Below, in pieces: positions 1-12,475 of a DNA stretch of 64,000 nucleotides. Under the pieces are notes generated by a model that was not told where the DNA came from, did no database searches, and saw only the letters and a list, made by a program, of their open reading frames with translations. The position numbers were made by a program, and so were the translations under genes. Origin of the DNA: the human T2T-CHM13v2.0 reference genome, Homo sapiens; assembly GCF_009914755.1 (NCBI RefSeq), contig NC_060929.1, one strand, 5' to 3'. Position 1 is the first letter of the stretch; every line of letters begins with the position of its first letter.

Positions 1-590
1 CCGGGGTGGAAACATGTCCCAAGCATATCTGATCATACCAATAAGGTTTGTGCTTTCATCCCTTGACCCAACACCCCAAAAGGATAGATTTTCACGTTTA
101 GGTTCCTGTAGCCATGAGCCCTGACAGCCGAGGAGGTTGGTGGAGAGGAAGGTCAGCTCCACTAGTCCTTTTTGACCACATCCATTCATGGAACCCACCT
201 AGGGACTGTACAGGGACCCCAAAAGTCAGTATATAGGCATTCCATCCAGCCCGCGTTATGGAAGCGTTTTGTTGTTTGTTTTGCTATGTAAAGGAAAATA
301 AAAATCTCAAGATCCGCTCCCCCACCCCCACAAAGTTACACAAAAATAAACATTAATCCCTGAAGCTGAGTCATAAAACCTGCTCTTACAAATGAATGGC
401 TGTTACTAGCATTAGACAGCCAAATCCCCATTAAAAGGTAAAGGCCTCAGGCATCTGGAAGGGCTGCCCCGACAAATCATTCGTAAGTCAAATTTTGCCG
501 GCCTCCAATAAACAAGGACATGCCAATTTTAACTTCAGGTCTGCAATCTAAGTCCAGCTGCTAGAACTCCACACCAATAATGTCCCTTTC

Positions 591-862
<272 letters not shown>

Positions 863-1027
863 AATAATGTCCCTTTCAAACTCACCTTAGCAGAGCAGAA
901 CAAAGTCCAGACTCATTTCTCCACCTACCCAGAGATCTCTGCATAATCGACTTTTCCTTGACTCCCTTTTTCTCTTCAGACATTCACCTTTTATGTGAAA
1001 TGTAGATTTACTCGACACTAACTAAAG

Positions 1028-1234
1028 CATAAGTGTTCAATCTTTTGGCTTCCCTGGGCCACATTGGAAGAAGAACAATTGTCTTGGGCAACACATAAGA
1101 TACACTAACATTAATGATAGCTGATGAGTTAAAAACAAGAATTGCAAAAACATCTCATAATGTTTTAAGAAAGTTTAGGAATTTGTGTTGGGCCACATTC
1201 AAAGCCGTCCTGGGCCACTGGTTGAACAAGCTTG
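1028..1234 (+). mobile_element. MER30 (hAT-Charlie non-autonomous DNA transposon)
   Basis: caatcttttggcttccctgggccacattggaagaag ... ggttgaacaagcttg matches MER30; 8-bp TSD aactaaag/aactgaag (1020-1027, 1235-1242). Confidence 0.9.
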
Positions 1235-1459
1235 AACTGAAGTCTCAGAGAAATATAACCATTCACATTACTCCTACCCTATACATGCCTCCTGCCCCCT
1301 TTTCAAAGGTATGTAAATCCTAAACCTCCTAAAAACCTCAGAAAAAACACCCACATATGTGTCTGTTGCTTATGTTATTCCCTAGATTCACCCTAGAGCT
1401 GGCTTAACAAACCTGGGTGAGGGAGACTCATGCCTCAGTCGCTCATTGCAGTTGTCAGC

Positions 1460-1673
1460 TTCTTAGAAAGAAATTGGAAACGCAGACAGCTTTCACAGCA
1501 TATCCCAAACCAAACGCACTCTGAATTCTCGGAACTTTGAGTTGGGTGGGAGGCTTGCTTCCCCATGTATTTTGGATGAAGCACATGTGGACACCAGCAC
1601 TAGGGAACAGCCATGATTCCACAACTCAAGCAAAGTGAAATGATCACGTAAGTAGAAAATGCAGGAAGTGAAA
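1460..1673. promoter_or_regulatory. Candidate cytokine/interferon-responsive enhancer motif cluster
   Basis: TTCTTAGAA 1460-1468 and TTCTCGGAA 1526-1534 (GAS), AAAGTGAAA 1632-1640 (IRF-like), GGAAGTGAAA 1664-1673 (ETS-IRF composite); function is inferred. Confidence 0.4.
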
Positions 1674-2984
1674 AGCAGACATTTTCCTCCCCATCCTAGA
1701 CTTTTAGTCAAATTGCCCTCTTCAGCTTAGCTCTGAGAGACTTGGCCACATTTTTCAAGCCTGATAGTAAGAAGCAGTTCAAAGCGGATCAGCGACGAAC
1801 TGTGAATGTCATGGACAGAGAAGGGCAGATGGCAAGAAAGAGAAGCCAAGACAGGTGCTTCTTGGGCCTCACATGGAGGTTTGCCCTGCCTTGGTGAGTG
1901 GGACAACTGGACTTCCAGTTAGACATGTCCTGGGTAAGGGTCTGCTGTCACCATAGCCAACCAAAAGGGTTTCTTGTATTGAAAAGCCCAGACAGGGGTA
2001 TTCCTTGCCTGCCATCCTTCTCCCACACCTCACATGCCCACCATCCAGCCTGAGCTGACCAGCAGGCCACACTTACATCGTTTCAACATTTTGCTGGCAC
2101 TAATCATAACATATCTTCTATTGCATTGCCAACTTTCATCGTATGCACTTGTCTCTCCACCTGCGCTGGAAGGAATTGGAAGGCAGGATTTTGTTCTTTA
2201 TGGCTTCATGCTCACAGTTATCCAAGGAGCAAGACTACTGTCTAATTTACATCCGGCAAAATGTTTCCTTGCTTTTCTCCACACTTCATATACCTTCACT
2301 CAGAACTCACGTCTTGCTTTACCCCAGTATCTCACAGGCTTATCATGTGCAGCTAACGTATAACATTATAATATATAACGAGTTTCATGGTGTGCAATTG
2401 CAGGAGGCAGCACTCACCATGAAATTCGACAGCATCGCATTTCGGTTGCCAGGCTGCACTTTGGCACAGGGAACAGTCTGTCATCGATGTAGTCAGATGC
2501 TCTAGGCTGGGTGGCGATGAAAGAACACGCAGCCTCTGCTCTGGGAGGCACTGGCAAGACTGACAGCAACGCTGTGCTTGGCTCTGCCACGGGCACCCTA
2601 GAGACCATCCATCCCCTCCCCGGCCCAGACCAACCCCATCCTAATCCCTGCCCCTCACTGGGGCAGAGGGTAGCTGAATGAGTCCATAAACGCTTGCTTT
2701 GCTGCTTTTTGCCTGTGATCTGGTGTCCCTCTTGAATAACAGGCTTCTGTCCAGCCCCAAGCTCCAAGCACCTCCTTGAGCCCAAACTTCCTCCTGGGCT
2801 TCCATCTGCTGAATTTACTACTCTGTTCATAAATGTTCTCGTGTTCTTCCAGAAGCAGGGGCCCTGTCTCTACACGCTGGTCACCTCACCCTAATGGGGG
2901 GAGTCTCCAGCCCACGACATCTGACAGCTGACTCCTCTGGCGCTGACCATCTGCCTGCTTGTCCAGACCTCCATCGTCCCTCTC

Positions 2985-4005
2985 TGTGATGGTTAGTTTT
3001 ATGTGTCTACTTGACTGGGCCAGAGAACTCATTAAACATGATTTCAGTGTGTTCGCAGAAGAGACTGGGGTTTAAATTAGTAGACTGAGCAAAGAGGCAC
3101 CAGTGAGGGTGGCCTCATCCAATCCATCCCGAATAGAACAAAAATGCAGAAGGGTGAATGAATTCTGCCTGACTGCTTGAGCTGGAACGTCGATTTTCTC
3201 CTGCCCGTGGGGTTTCTGGTTCTCAGGCCTTCAGACCCACTCTGGAAATCTACACCGTTGGCTCAGGCCTTTGAACTACCCCACTGGCCTTTCTGGGTCT
3301 CCAGCTGCAGATGGTGGATTAGGAGGCTGCTCACCTTCATAATTCCCTGAGCCAGTACCTTATCGATCTCTTCATAAATAGACATACATATATATGAGGC
3401 AGGAGAATAGGGTCCTGAGGCAGGGAACCTAAGGCCGATTCACACTGACTTCCTAGAACTAATCAAAAGATAACGCCAATTTTCCAGGCCCAAGTAGCAA
3501 AAAGAACAGAGGCTACTCTCTTTGCAACTCCCTGCTTTTCTGAGTGGCAGATGAAACACTGAAACTACCTCTGATTGGTCCCCTCCTGCAACCAATCAGG
3601 CTGGTTGTGGGCCAAGTCTTCATTTACATAGGGTATACTTTGTAACTTCACTTCAGCCTTTGATTGGTCTCTTTCTGCAACCAATCAGACTGATGCAGGT
3701 CACTACTTCATTTACATAGGGTATACACCAAATAACCAATGGGGAACCTCTGGAGGGTATTTAAACCCCAGAAAATTCTGTAACCGGTTACTTGAGGCTC
3801 TTGCTTGGGTTACTCCTGTACTTTCATTTTCAATAAATGCATGCTTTTGTTGCTTCATGCTTTCCTTGCTTTTTTGTGCATTTTGTTCAATTCTTTGTTC
3901 AAGGTGCCAAGAATCTGGACACCCTCCACCAGTAACATGTGTGTGTGTGTCTGTATATATTTATCTTCTGTTGGTTTTATTTCTCTGCAGAGCTTGATCC
4001 ATATG
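2985..4005 (+). mobile_element. MLT2 (ERVL) LTR, split by a MER51 insertion
   Basis: starts tgtgatggttagttttatgtgtctacttgactggg; typical MLT2 3' end (ttctgttggttttatttctctgcagag) resumes after 3937. Confidence 0.8.
3395..3937 (+). mobile_element. MER51 solo LTR (ERV1)
   Basis: starts tgaggcaggagaatagggtc...gggaacctaaggccgatt; repeated CCAAT/ATTGG boxes; AATAAA near 3832; ends ccagtaaca. Confidence 0.85.
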
Positions 4006-5894
4006 CCCCCCTTACTTGACCCTGATGTCTTTTAGAACCACACACTGCATCCAGTCTCCAATGCTCTCGGTTGCCCCCGTCTGTGGCCTATAATGCCACA
4101 CCTCTGTACACCAATGTTCTGTGGGCCACCAAGCTCCTTTCTTATTCTTATGGACAAACCTACTTTGGTTTGACCTTGCTGTAGCTAAGCCCCTGGTAAG
4201 ATGCAGCACTCAAACCACTTAACATTTTCATGTCACACTTCAAACAAAGCAACTGAATAAAAATAAACAAAATGAAACAACAACCAAAATCTTATTCTCA
4301 TGATTTTCTAGTAGGTGATGGAAATTGCATGCACAAATCTTATTAAACTTTGCAGGTCAAAGTTATGTTGGACCTTTCCTCCCACTGAGAGCACCAAATG
4401 CTTTTTTTCTGTTAGGATCACATGATTTTTGATGTATTGTGTTACTTTATTTATCATTGCTTACATAAATAACATTTAAATATGATTTACTATGTTTAAG
4501 GCTGAAGCTCTAGACTCCATTTATTAAGAAATTATATCTCTCTTCTTTTAGAAAGTCCTTCGTGCATTCTACTCTTGTCTCCCTTGTTTTCTCTCCCACC
4601 GAGCCCAGTGGCACACATATGAACTTGCGCATATGGCACACACTTTCCTAGTCATGCCAATAGTCAGCTTCTCCATCTCAATAAATGAGTCAGCAGAGAT
4701 GGGGTTCTTATACAGGGCCTCTCTAATAAATTGAACATAACTTAAAAGAAAAACCAAACTGTGGCATCAAATCACACGATCACTAAAAGAATACTGGCAG
4801 GACAGTGATGACGGAGCACAAGGAGCTAAAGGAGAATAACAATCCAGCTGAGACACAATTCAGGAATTAATGGAGATGTAGTCCAAAGTGAACTCTCTAT
4901 GAAGAGAAGAAAGCATAGCCCTTTTTAGACCCAAAAGGGAACTGAAAAAGGCCAGTGGGAAATGGTGCTCTGCAATGGGGATGCTCAGGGGGCTGTGGGA
5001 TTCCCTTCAAGTGAGTTCCATCCACCTCCTCCAAGACGAGATCCTGAGGGGCCAGAGCAGCAGGCATTGGAGGACTCCCAGCACCACCGGGACACGCATA
5101 CGAGGAAGGCACCCAGATCAGAGTAGCTGGGAAAGGCACCTCCTTGCAGGGGATCCTGGCTCCAGAGGAGGCTCAGTGTGGTTGCCTCTGTAAGCCTTCA
5201 ACACCACAGGAGTTTCACATCAAGAGAACCACCACCTTTATTTGTGAAATCCGTAGAAGCAATGACTATACAAGAAAGATCCATAATAAATATGTCTCAC
5301 GAATCAGACAGCACTATTAAAATGCCAGATGTTTTTTATCTCATGATTTTTTGAATCATGTTACAAAAGAGTGAAAGTGAGTAAATTTTAAATCACAAGC
5401 GTGACTCTTAAATATGCAGCAGAATTCCAAAGGTGGCCAGTTTCCACATGGAGTCAGCGATTCCGTGGGTCAACTTACAACCTCACAGCATGATGATGAA
5501 AACCTCCTTACACTATTTGCCTTGATCTGTTTCTCAACACCAGATATAAAGTGTTTGATGTTAAAACCATACTCAACTTTATGACTTGATGCCCATGGAA
5601 ATATTCCATGAAAACTATGCAAAAGTATATGCTGCCTGAATATGGGATGCTAGTGCTTATAAGAAAAACAACAAAACTCCAACAAAAGAAAGTCACCTGT
5701 CCAGATGGGGAATAAAGTCACCACAATGCATAGCTCCACTGTGTGGTCACAGAGTCTTGGATGTATGCCTAAAAGAAGCAGCATTCTTCTCTCCTTTATT
5801 TAGCAACCTCAGGGCATTCCCTGTTTGAGCCTCTGAGACCTGTCTCCTCTGACCAGAGTAGTTGAGAGAAGAGGTCAAGGGAGCAAACTTTGAC

Positions 5895-6180
5895 CTTGAG
5901 ATCCAGCAGTAGTTCTGCAAGACAGGTCCCCCAGCTCTACCTTTGTGGCCTTGGGCAAGTCACTCACGCCTCTGTACCTGAGCATGCACATTGGCAAAAT
6001 GGGAACCGTAGCTGTACCTACTACACGGAGTGACTCGCCTCTCCATGCCTTGGTGCCCGCATCAGTAAAATGGTGACAATAACCCTCACTAATTCATGGA
6101 CTTGCCATGGTGTGTAAATGAGTTGGTAAAAATCTGAGAAGAATGCCTGGCCCTCATAAGTATTTGTATAAGTGTTTGCA
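5895..6180 (+). mobile_element. MIR SINE with two successive core segments
   Basis: tgtggccttgggcaagtcactc...aaaatggg followed by a second ...gtaaaatggtgacaataa core and a MIR-like 3' part. Confidence 0.65.
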
Positions 6181-6584
6181 ATGATTTTTATCTTAAGAAT
6201 GATGTGTCTGATCCCTTTCTGTCTCTTATGACCATTTCTCAATAAATCCAGAACCCAGAGGGGAGGGAACATTGTTCCTTCACCCACCCAGCATGTTAGA
6301 GACCAGTCAAGGGCATTTGGATCCATCTGGGCAGGAAGATCAGTGAGAAGAGGCTGTAGCTGTACAGAGAAAGGAGGAAGGGACAGGGTACAGGCAGTCA
6401 AAACTGGGAACTAGCTCGGGTAGTTACACACGTGCACTGATAACACAGCTGCACCTGCCACTCAACACCTGTCATGGCTCAGAGGACTGACTTTGGGGAA
6501 AGCCTAAGCACTAAGTCACCAAGAAAGGTGAATGCTAATGGAGCAAGCTGGGAGTCCTCAGCTACCTTGACACTGGGAATCCAA

Positions 6585-6712
6585 ACGCACATTCCCAGGC
6601 CCTATTATGATTCAGACCAACGGAATCAGAAGCGCTGGGGGTGGGATCCAGAAATCTGTTTTAATAAGCCTCCCAGGAGATTCGTAGGGATACAAGGCTT
6701 GAGAACTTCTGT
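6585..6712. mobile_element. MER5A (hAT-Charlie) fragment
   Basis: gaatcagaagcgctgggggtgggatccagaaatctgttttaataagcctcccaggagattc...ttgagaacttctg. Confidence 0.75.
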
Positions 6713-6716
6713 AGAA

Positions 6717-7365
6717 CAGGACTCCACAAACTGTGATCCATGGGCCCAAACTGGCCCGCCACCTATGTTAATTAAGTGAAGTGTTAATGTAAAATAAGAA
6801 GAGTATTCATTTGCATATTGTCTATGGCTACTTTCAGGCTCACAGCAGAGATGAGTCATTGCAACAGAGGCCATGTGGCCCCTGTCACGCTTGTCCATGT
6901 GAAGAGACCACCAAACAGGCTTGTGTGAGCAATAAAGCTTTTTAATCACCTGGGTGCAGGCAGACTGAGTCCGAAAAAGGAGTCAGCAAAGGGGGATAGG
7001 GGTGGGGCAGTTTTATAGGATTTGGGTGGGTAGTGAAAAATTACAGTTAAAGGGGGTTTTTCTCTTGTGGGCAGGGGCAGGGATCACAAGGTGCTTGGCG
7101 GAGAGGTTCTGAGACTCATTGTCTAGAAGGAATGTCATAAGGTTAATTGATCAGTTAGGTTGGGGCAGGAACAAATCACAATGGTGGAATGTCATCAGTT
7201 AAGGCAGAAACTGACTATTTTCACTTCTTTTGTGATTCTTCAGCTGCTTCAGGCCATCTGGATGTATACGTGCGGTCACAGGGGATATGATGGCTTAGCT
7301 TGGGCTCAAAGGCCTGACAGCCCTCAAAGCCTAAGTTATTTACTACCTGACCCCTCCTAGACCAA
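6717..7365 (+). mobile_element. MER58A (hAT-Charlie), split by LTR7
   Basis: caaactgtgatccatgggcccaaactggcccgccac...gcaacagaggccatgtggccc | caaagcctaagttatttactacctgaccc. Confidence 0.8.
6883..7319 (-). mobile_element. HERV-H solo LTR (LTR7 family, probably LTR7B/C)
   Basis: reverse complement starts TGTCAGGCCTTTGAGCCCAAGCTAAGCCATCATATCCCC and ends GGTCTCTTCACATGGACAAGCGTGACA; TATAAAA present; 5-bp TSD gcccc/gccct. Confidence 0.93.
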
Positions 7366-8705
7366 TCCCGCTGACTCCTGCTCCAGAGCAGGTGCTAATT
7401 ATGCCAGGTCCTGTGGGCCCCTATTGCCCCCTCTATAGTTAATTCTACTCCATGCCCAGCTGTGCTCCCTCCAAGGCCCAGTCCAACACCCACTTCCTTT
7501 CTGAAAGCTTTTCTGCTTCTGTGCCTAACACTGTATCTGAACGAGCCCTACTAGGTGCACAGTAAATATCTACTAAGTGCAAAAAGTGGATAAATAAATG
7601 GAATACACTGAGACAATTTTTTCAGATCTTCATTCCAGTGGAAACTTCTGAAGGTCATATCCACTGCTGTTAGTTTTCTAGTTCCAGCTAGCATTTCAGT
7701 AGTAACTTAAAAGAAATATGATAGGCCAATTATTCCTTAAACAGGCAGTCTTGACCCTCTTTGTGCGTGAAATAGCACATTGTGCATATTGATAGTGCTG
7801 ATGAAAGTGTGCAAAGGTCATGTACGCTTTAGGTAGAGAGCAGAAGGGCACAGTTGAGGCTTCTTCTCCAATAGATCCAGTCACTGTCTCAATTGATCCA
7901 GTCCCTAAGAAGAAGACTATGTAGATTTCCATTTCTGCTCAGTGAAGCAAATAAAACTGAATTTGGTGGTTATCTATCTCAGTCTTATCTACAACCCACA
8001 GACAGACTTGAAAGCCATTACATGACAATCAGATATAAACCAAAAATGGGAGAGATCCTTAACAACAACAAAAACAATGCTGAATCACTCTGGGCCCATT
8101 TCAAAGCCTCTAAAATCCGTGGGAGAAAAAGATTATCCCTGTCACAGAGGATCCTAACAAGAATTATTTGTCTTCTACTATTTGTGACCTAAAAACCAAA
8201 AGTTTCTAGAAACGACAGTGGATATCTCAGGACATCCTCAATTCTCCTAATTTATTTTGTGCTTTGATCATAAATATGCAGTATTTAGTTACAAAAAAAA
8301 CAAGCTGTATCTCAGTTCCCATGACAGATGGTTACATACAGCTCAAATGTACCTATCATTTTATTTCCAAACAAAATATACCCTGGTCTTCTATAAAAGT
8401 TTGATTCTTCATCATTTTCCCTAAATCCAAATGGTAACAGGTTGTAACGGCCTTGGATAAACCATTTTCCAACATTCACTCTCGGGTAGTCGGAGGACTA
8501 CACTGTGACTCTAGGCCAGCCTATGATTCTCTTCATGAATAATAATGTTTTGGAAGTGACACTGTACCAGTGTCTAAACCTTGAGATGGCCTGGAAGCTT
8601 CTGTTTTTATAATCTTGGGAGCCCTGAGCTGTTTTATTGGAAGTGCAGCTACTCTGCTGGAGAGGCTGTGGGGAGAGACCCAGACGCTGGGGACCCCTAA
8701 GAAGA

Positions 8706-8768
8706 CCCTGTAGCTACATGGAGAGACCCTGGAGTTATAAGGAGAGTCCCTGGAGCTACATGGAGAGC
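8706..8768 (+). repeat. 21-bp tandem repeat x3 (ccctggagctacatggagagN)
   Basis: units start at 8706, 8727 and 8748. Confidence 0.85.
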
Positions 8769-8789
8769 TAAAGAGGCCCACTGTCCCAC

Positions 8790-9412
8790 TGTCAGAGGCA
8801 TTTGAACCAGAGCAACTCCATCTTGACTGGGGGCTGGGTAAAAAGAGGCTGAGACCTACTAGGTGGCATTCCCAAGAGGTTAAGGCATTCTAATTCACAG
8901 GATGAGATAGGAGGTCTGCACAAGATACAGGTCATAAAGATCTTGCTGATAAAACAGGTTGCAGTAAAGAAGCTGGCCAAAATCCACAAAAACCAAGATG
9001 GCCATGAGAGTGACCTCAGCTCATTGCATGCTAATTATAATGCATTAGCATGCTAACAGACACTCCCACCAGTGCTACAACAGTTTACAGATGCCATGGC
9101 AACATCAGGAAGTTACCATGTATGGTCTAAAAAGGGGAGGAACCCTCAGTTCCAGGAATTGCCCACCCTTTTCCCAGAAAACTCATGAATAATCCACCCC
9201 TTGTTTAGCACATAATCAAGAAATAACCATAAAAATGGCCAACCTGTGGCCCCTGCTGCTGCTCTGCCTATGGAGTAGCTATTCTTTTATTCCTTTACTT
9301 TCTTAACAAACGTGCTTTCACTTTACTCTATGGTCTCGCCTCGAATTATTTCTTGCAAAAGATCCAAGACCCATCTTTTGCGGTCTGTATTGGGGACCTC
9401 TTTGGGGTGACA
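8790..9412 (+). mobile_element. MER41B solo LTR (ERV1)
   Basis: starts tgtcagaggcatttgaaccagagcaactccatcttg, ends ggggtgaca; flanks ccac/ccag; GAS motifs at 9150-9158 and 9171-9179. Confidence 0.9.
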
Positions 9413-9887
9413 CCAGTATCTCAAATGAGTCTTCCAATGACTCCAGCTCCAGCTGCTACCAAAGTGCAAATGCCTGTAGGATCTAGAGTGAGCAGAAGAA
9501 CCACCAGCTGAGTCCCTCAACACAGGGAACCACAAGAGATAATAATATTGTTGCTTAATGTTTTGCAGAGGTTTGTTACACATCAATAGGTGGTCAGAAC
9601 GGCAACAGGGGTTGGCTTGTACCTGAGGAAACATTTTATTCTGGATTCTCTAGAGGAAATCTCCCTGGGATGGCCCAGGGTAGCACCATGCAGACGCTCT
9701 TCTGCTTGGGAAAAGTTCAGAGAAACACCTGAAGGTAAAGGTAAAATAAAGTCTCTACAAAAGCAAGTGTTGTGCAGGTGAGAGGGGCTGGCTGGTACTG
9801 TCATGCCGGGCCTCTCTCAGGGACAGGTCTCCTTGGCAAGACCACCACAGCCCAAAGTATGGTCATCAGCTTTGGACAGAATTTCTT

Positions 9888-10272
9888 CTTTTTCTTTCTC
9901 CCCCACCCTTTATTTTTTTTATTATTATACCTTAAGTTTTAGGGTACATGTGCACAACGTGCAGGTTTGTTACATATGTATACATGTGCCATGTTGGTGT
10001 GCTGCACCCATTAACTTGTCATTTAACATTAGGTATATCTCCTAATGCTATCCCTCCCCACTCCCCCCACCCCACAACAGGCCCCAGTGTGTGATGTTCC
10101 CCTTCCTGTGGCACATATACACCATGGAATACTATGCAGCCATAAAAAATGATGAGTTCATGTCCTTTGTAGGGACATGGATGAAGCTGGAAACCATCAT
10201 TCTCAGCAAACTATCGCAAGGACAAAAAACCAAACACCGCATGTTCTCACTCACAGGTGGGAATTGAACAAT
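9888..10272 (-). mobile_element. Young L1 (L1PA3/4-like) 3' end with an inverted 5' segment
   Basis: poly-T plus L1 3'UTR on minus to ~10109, then upstream L1 sequence on plus 10110-10272; flanks tggacagaatttctt / tggacaggctttctt. Confidence 0.92.
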
Positions 10273-11390
10273 GGACAGGCTTTCTTTTCAGTATCACAGC
10301 ACATGTAAAATCCCAAATATGCTGGTAAACACAGGCTCAGAAACCAGATCTAAGCATAGAATTGAACGCTTTCTCAAGACCACATGTTTACACACTTTTT
10401 CATGACATTCCACATCAATACAACATAACTTGACCGTGTACAGTAATATGTGTGTGTGTTGCGTTTGTGTCTACACTGTTATATTAATGTGCTACAGATG
10501 TTATAAAAGAAACGCTAACATGAAAAGTAAAAGAGGGATGTCAACAGAAGTTCCCATACATTCTTCCCTTCCTACGCCCTTGTACTCTGGGTCCACACTT
10601 TGGGAGATCGCTCTGGTTGGGGAGTGGGGAGGAGGGAGTGGGATGGGGTGAGGTTTCCTCAACACAGGAGCAGTGCACGGTTCCAGCGACTGAGGCACCC
10701 GTCAATGCCACAAGTAGCCTTTCTTTCTCCAGCTCAGTGCTCAGTTAAAATTTGACAAATTTTGACTTCCTAATTCCTTTCTCTAAATCCCTTCTCCCTT
10801 GACATGTGAATATTCAGTCCATTATTTGGGATTACACAGTCTTTGCCCCCTTTAAGCTGATAGGGTTTCCTCCCTGCAGGAAGCTGGCTGCAGGCCATAT
10901 CACCTTTCGTCTGTGGCTACTTTGTAGAACCTCCCTGACAAGTGTGGGGCTTCAAATCCAAGGGGTGGGAGCAGGACTTGGCTGCCTGGGACACATGCAG
11001 TGCCCTGGAAAGCAGCTTGGAAAGCACCCAAGATTTCCTTCTTTAGAGAATCAGAATGAAGGCAGAACAGGGTTTCTTTCTATTGTTGCTCTTCTCCTCC
11101 CATCTGTTACTGCTCTCTTCCGTCTCCCTGTTCTATTCCGATCATGCCAACTGGGTGTAGAATGAATGAAGCAAGGAAAGAGGCACCTTTGCAAGACACT
11201 GTGCTTTGATCTGAATGATCAGGTATTGAGACTTCTTAAAATGCTAATTCCTGCCATTCCTTCTATGTCCATAGGGGAAAAATAACTCATTCTCTTCTTC
11301 TTGGGAACACTGAAGTTCTGCATTTTAAAGCAAAGATTTTTCATTTTTTTATTAAAAGAAAAGACAAAAAACAAACAGACATCACCCAAC

Positions 11391-11553
11391 AGGGGAGGGG
11401 GGAGGGATAGCATTAGGAGATATACCTAATGCTAAATGACCAGTTAATGGGTGCAGCACACCAACATGGCACATGTATACATATGTAACAAACCTGCACG
11501 TTGTGCACATGTACCCTAAAACTTAAAGTATAATAAAAACAATTTAAAAAAAA
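11391..11553 (+). mobile_element. Young L1 (L1PA3/4-like) extreme 3' fragment
   Basis: gggagggatagcattaggagatatacctaatg...cttaaagtataataaaaa. Confidence 0.92.
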
Positions 11554-12475
11554 GAAATACTAGTAACATAAAATGAAAAAAAAATGGTCTTTTATTTGGA
11601 AAATATTAATGAATCTTCCAAACAAGGCTGTAGGATACTGTAATATAAAAATTAATTGAATTTTGTGTATTAATAATGAAACATAGATATAATTAATAAA
11701 ATAATATAATACCATTTACAAATGCATCAAAATATGAAATATATAAAGAAAAATTTGTCAAAAAAGTTCAAGATCTATACACTAAAAAATACAAAATATT
11801 AGCTGACAGAAGTAAGTAGAACCCCAATAAATGGAGACATACACCATGTCCACAAATCAGAAGACTCAACATAGTAAGTAGGCAATTATACATAAGATGA
11901 TCTATAGATTTAATATAACTCCAATCAAAACCCAGCAGGATTATTCGTAGAGTTGATAAGCTAATTCAAAAATTTACATGAAAATACAAATAACGTAGAA
12001 AAGCCAAACAATGTTGAAAAAGAACAAAATTCGATAGTCCACACTACTTAAAAGACTGACTATAAATTTATAGTAGCTGGACAGCATTCGCATACATTTA
12101 AACATATAGAACAATGGAACCAAAGAAAAAGTCCAGAAACAGGACATGCATATATGTGAAATTTATTTTCAACAAGATGCCAAGGTAATTCCATATGGGA
12201 AGTGGATACATTTTTCAACAAATGGTGAGAGAACACTTGGACATCTATACTAAAAATAAATAAACCTGGACCTAAACCAATACCATTTAAAAAACTAACT
12301 CAAAAAGGATAATAGGTTTAACAATAATAGCCACAACTATAAAACTTGTAGAAGAAAACATAGAGAAAAACTTTGCAACCTCAGGAAAAGCAAGGATTTT
12401 AAAAATAAGGCATAGGAAGCACAAACTACATTAAACATCACCATAATTTAAAACTTTCGTGCTCCAAAAGCCACT

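Larger units (their letters stand above)
8530..9601 (+). mobile_element. Old MaLR LTR (MLT1G/H-like), split by MER41B
   Basis: MLT1-type motifs on both sides of MER41 (ccagctgagtccc...aaccacaagagataataat...ggtttgttacacatcaatag). Confidence 0.6.

Noticed and set aside
10-30. p53 response element (aaacatgtcc + aagcatatct)
   Set aside because: The second half-site lacks the core G; the other half-site at 1921-1930 is isolated.
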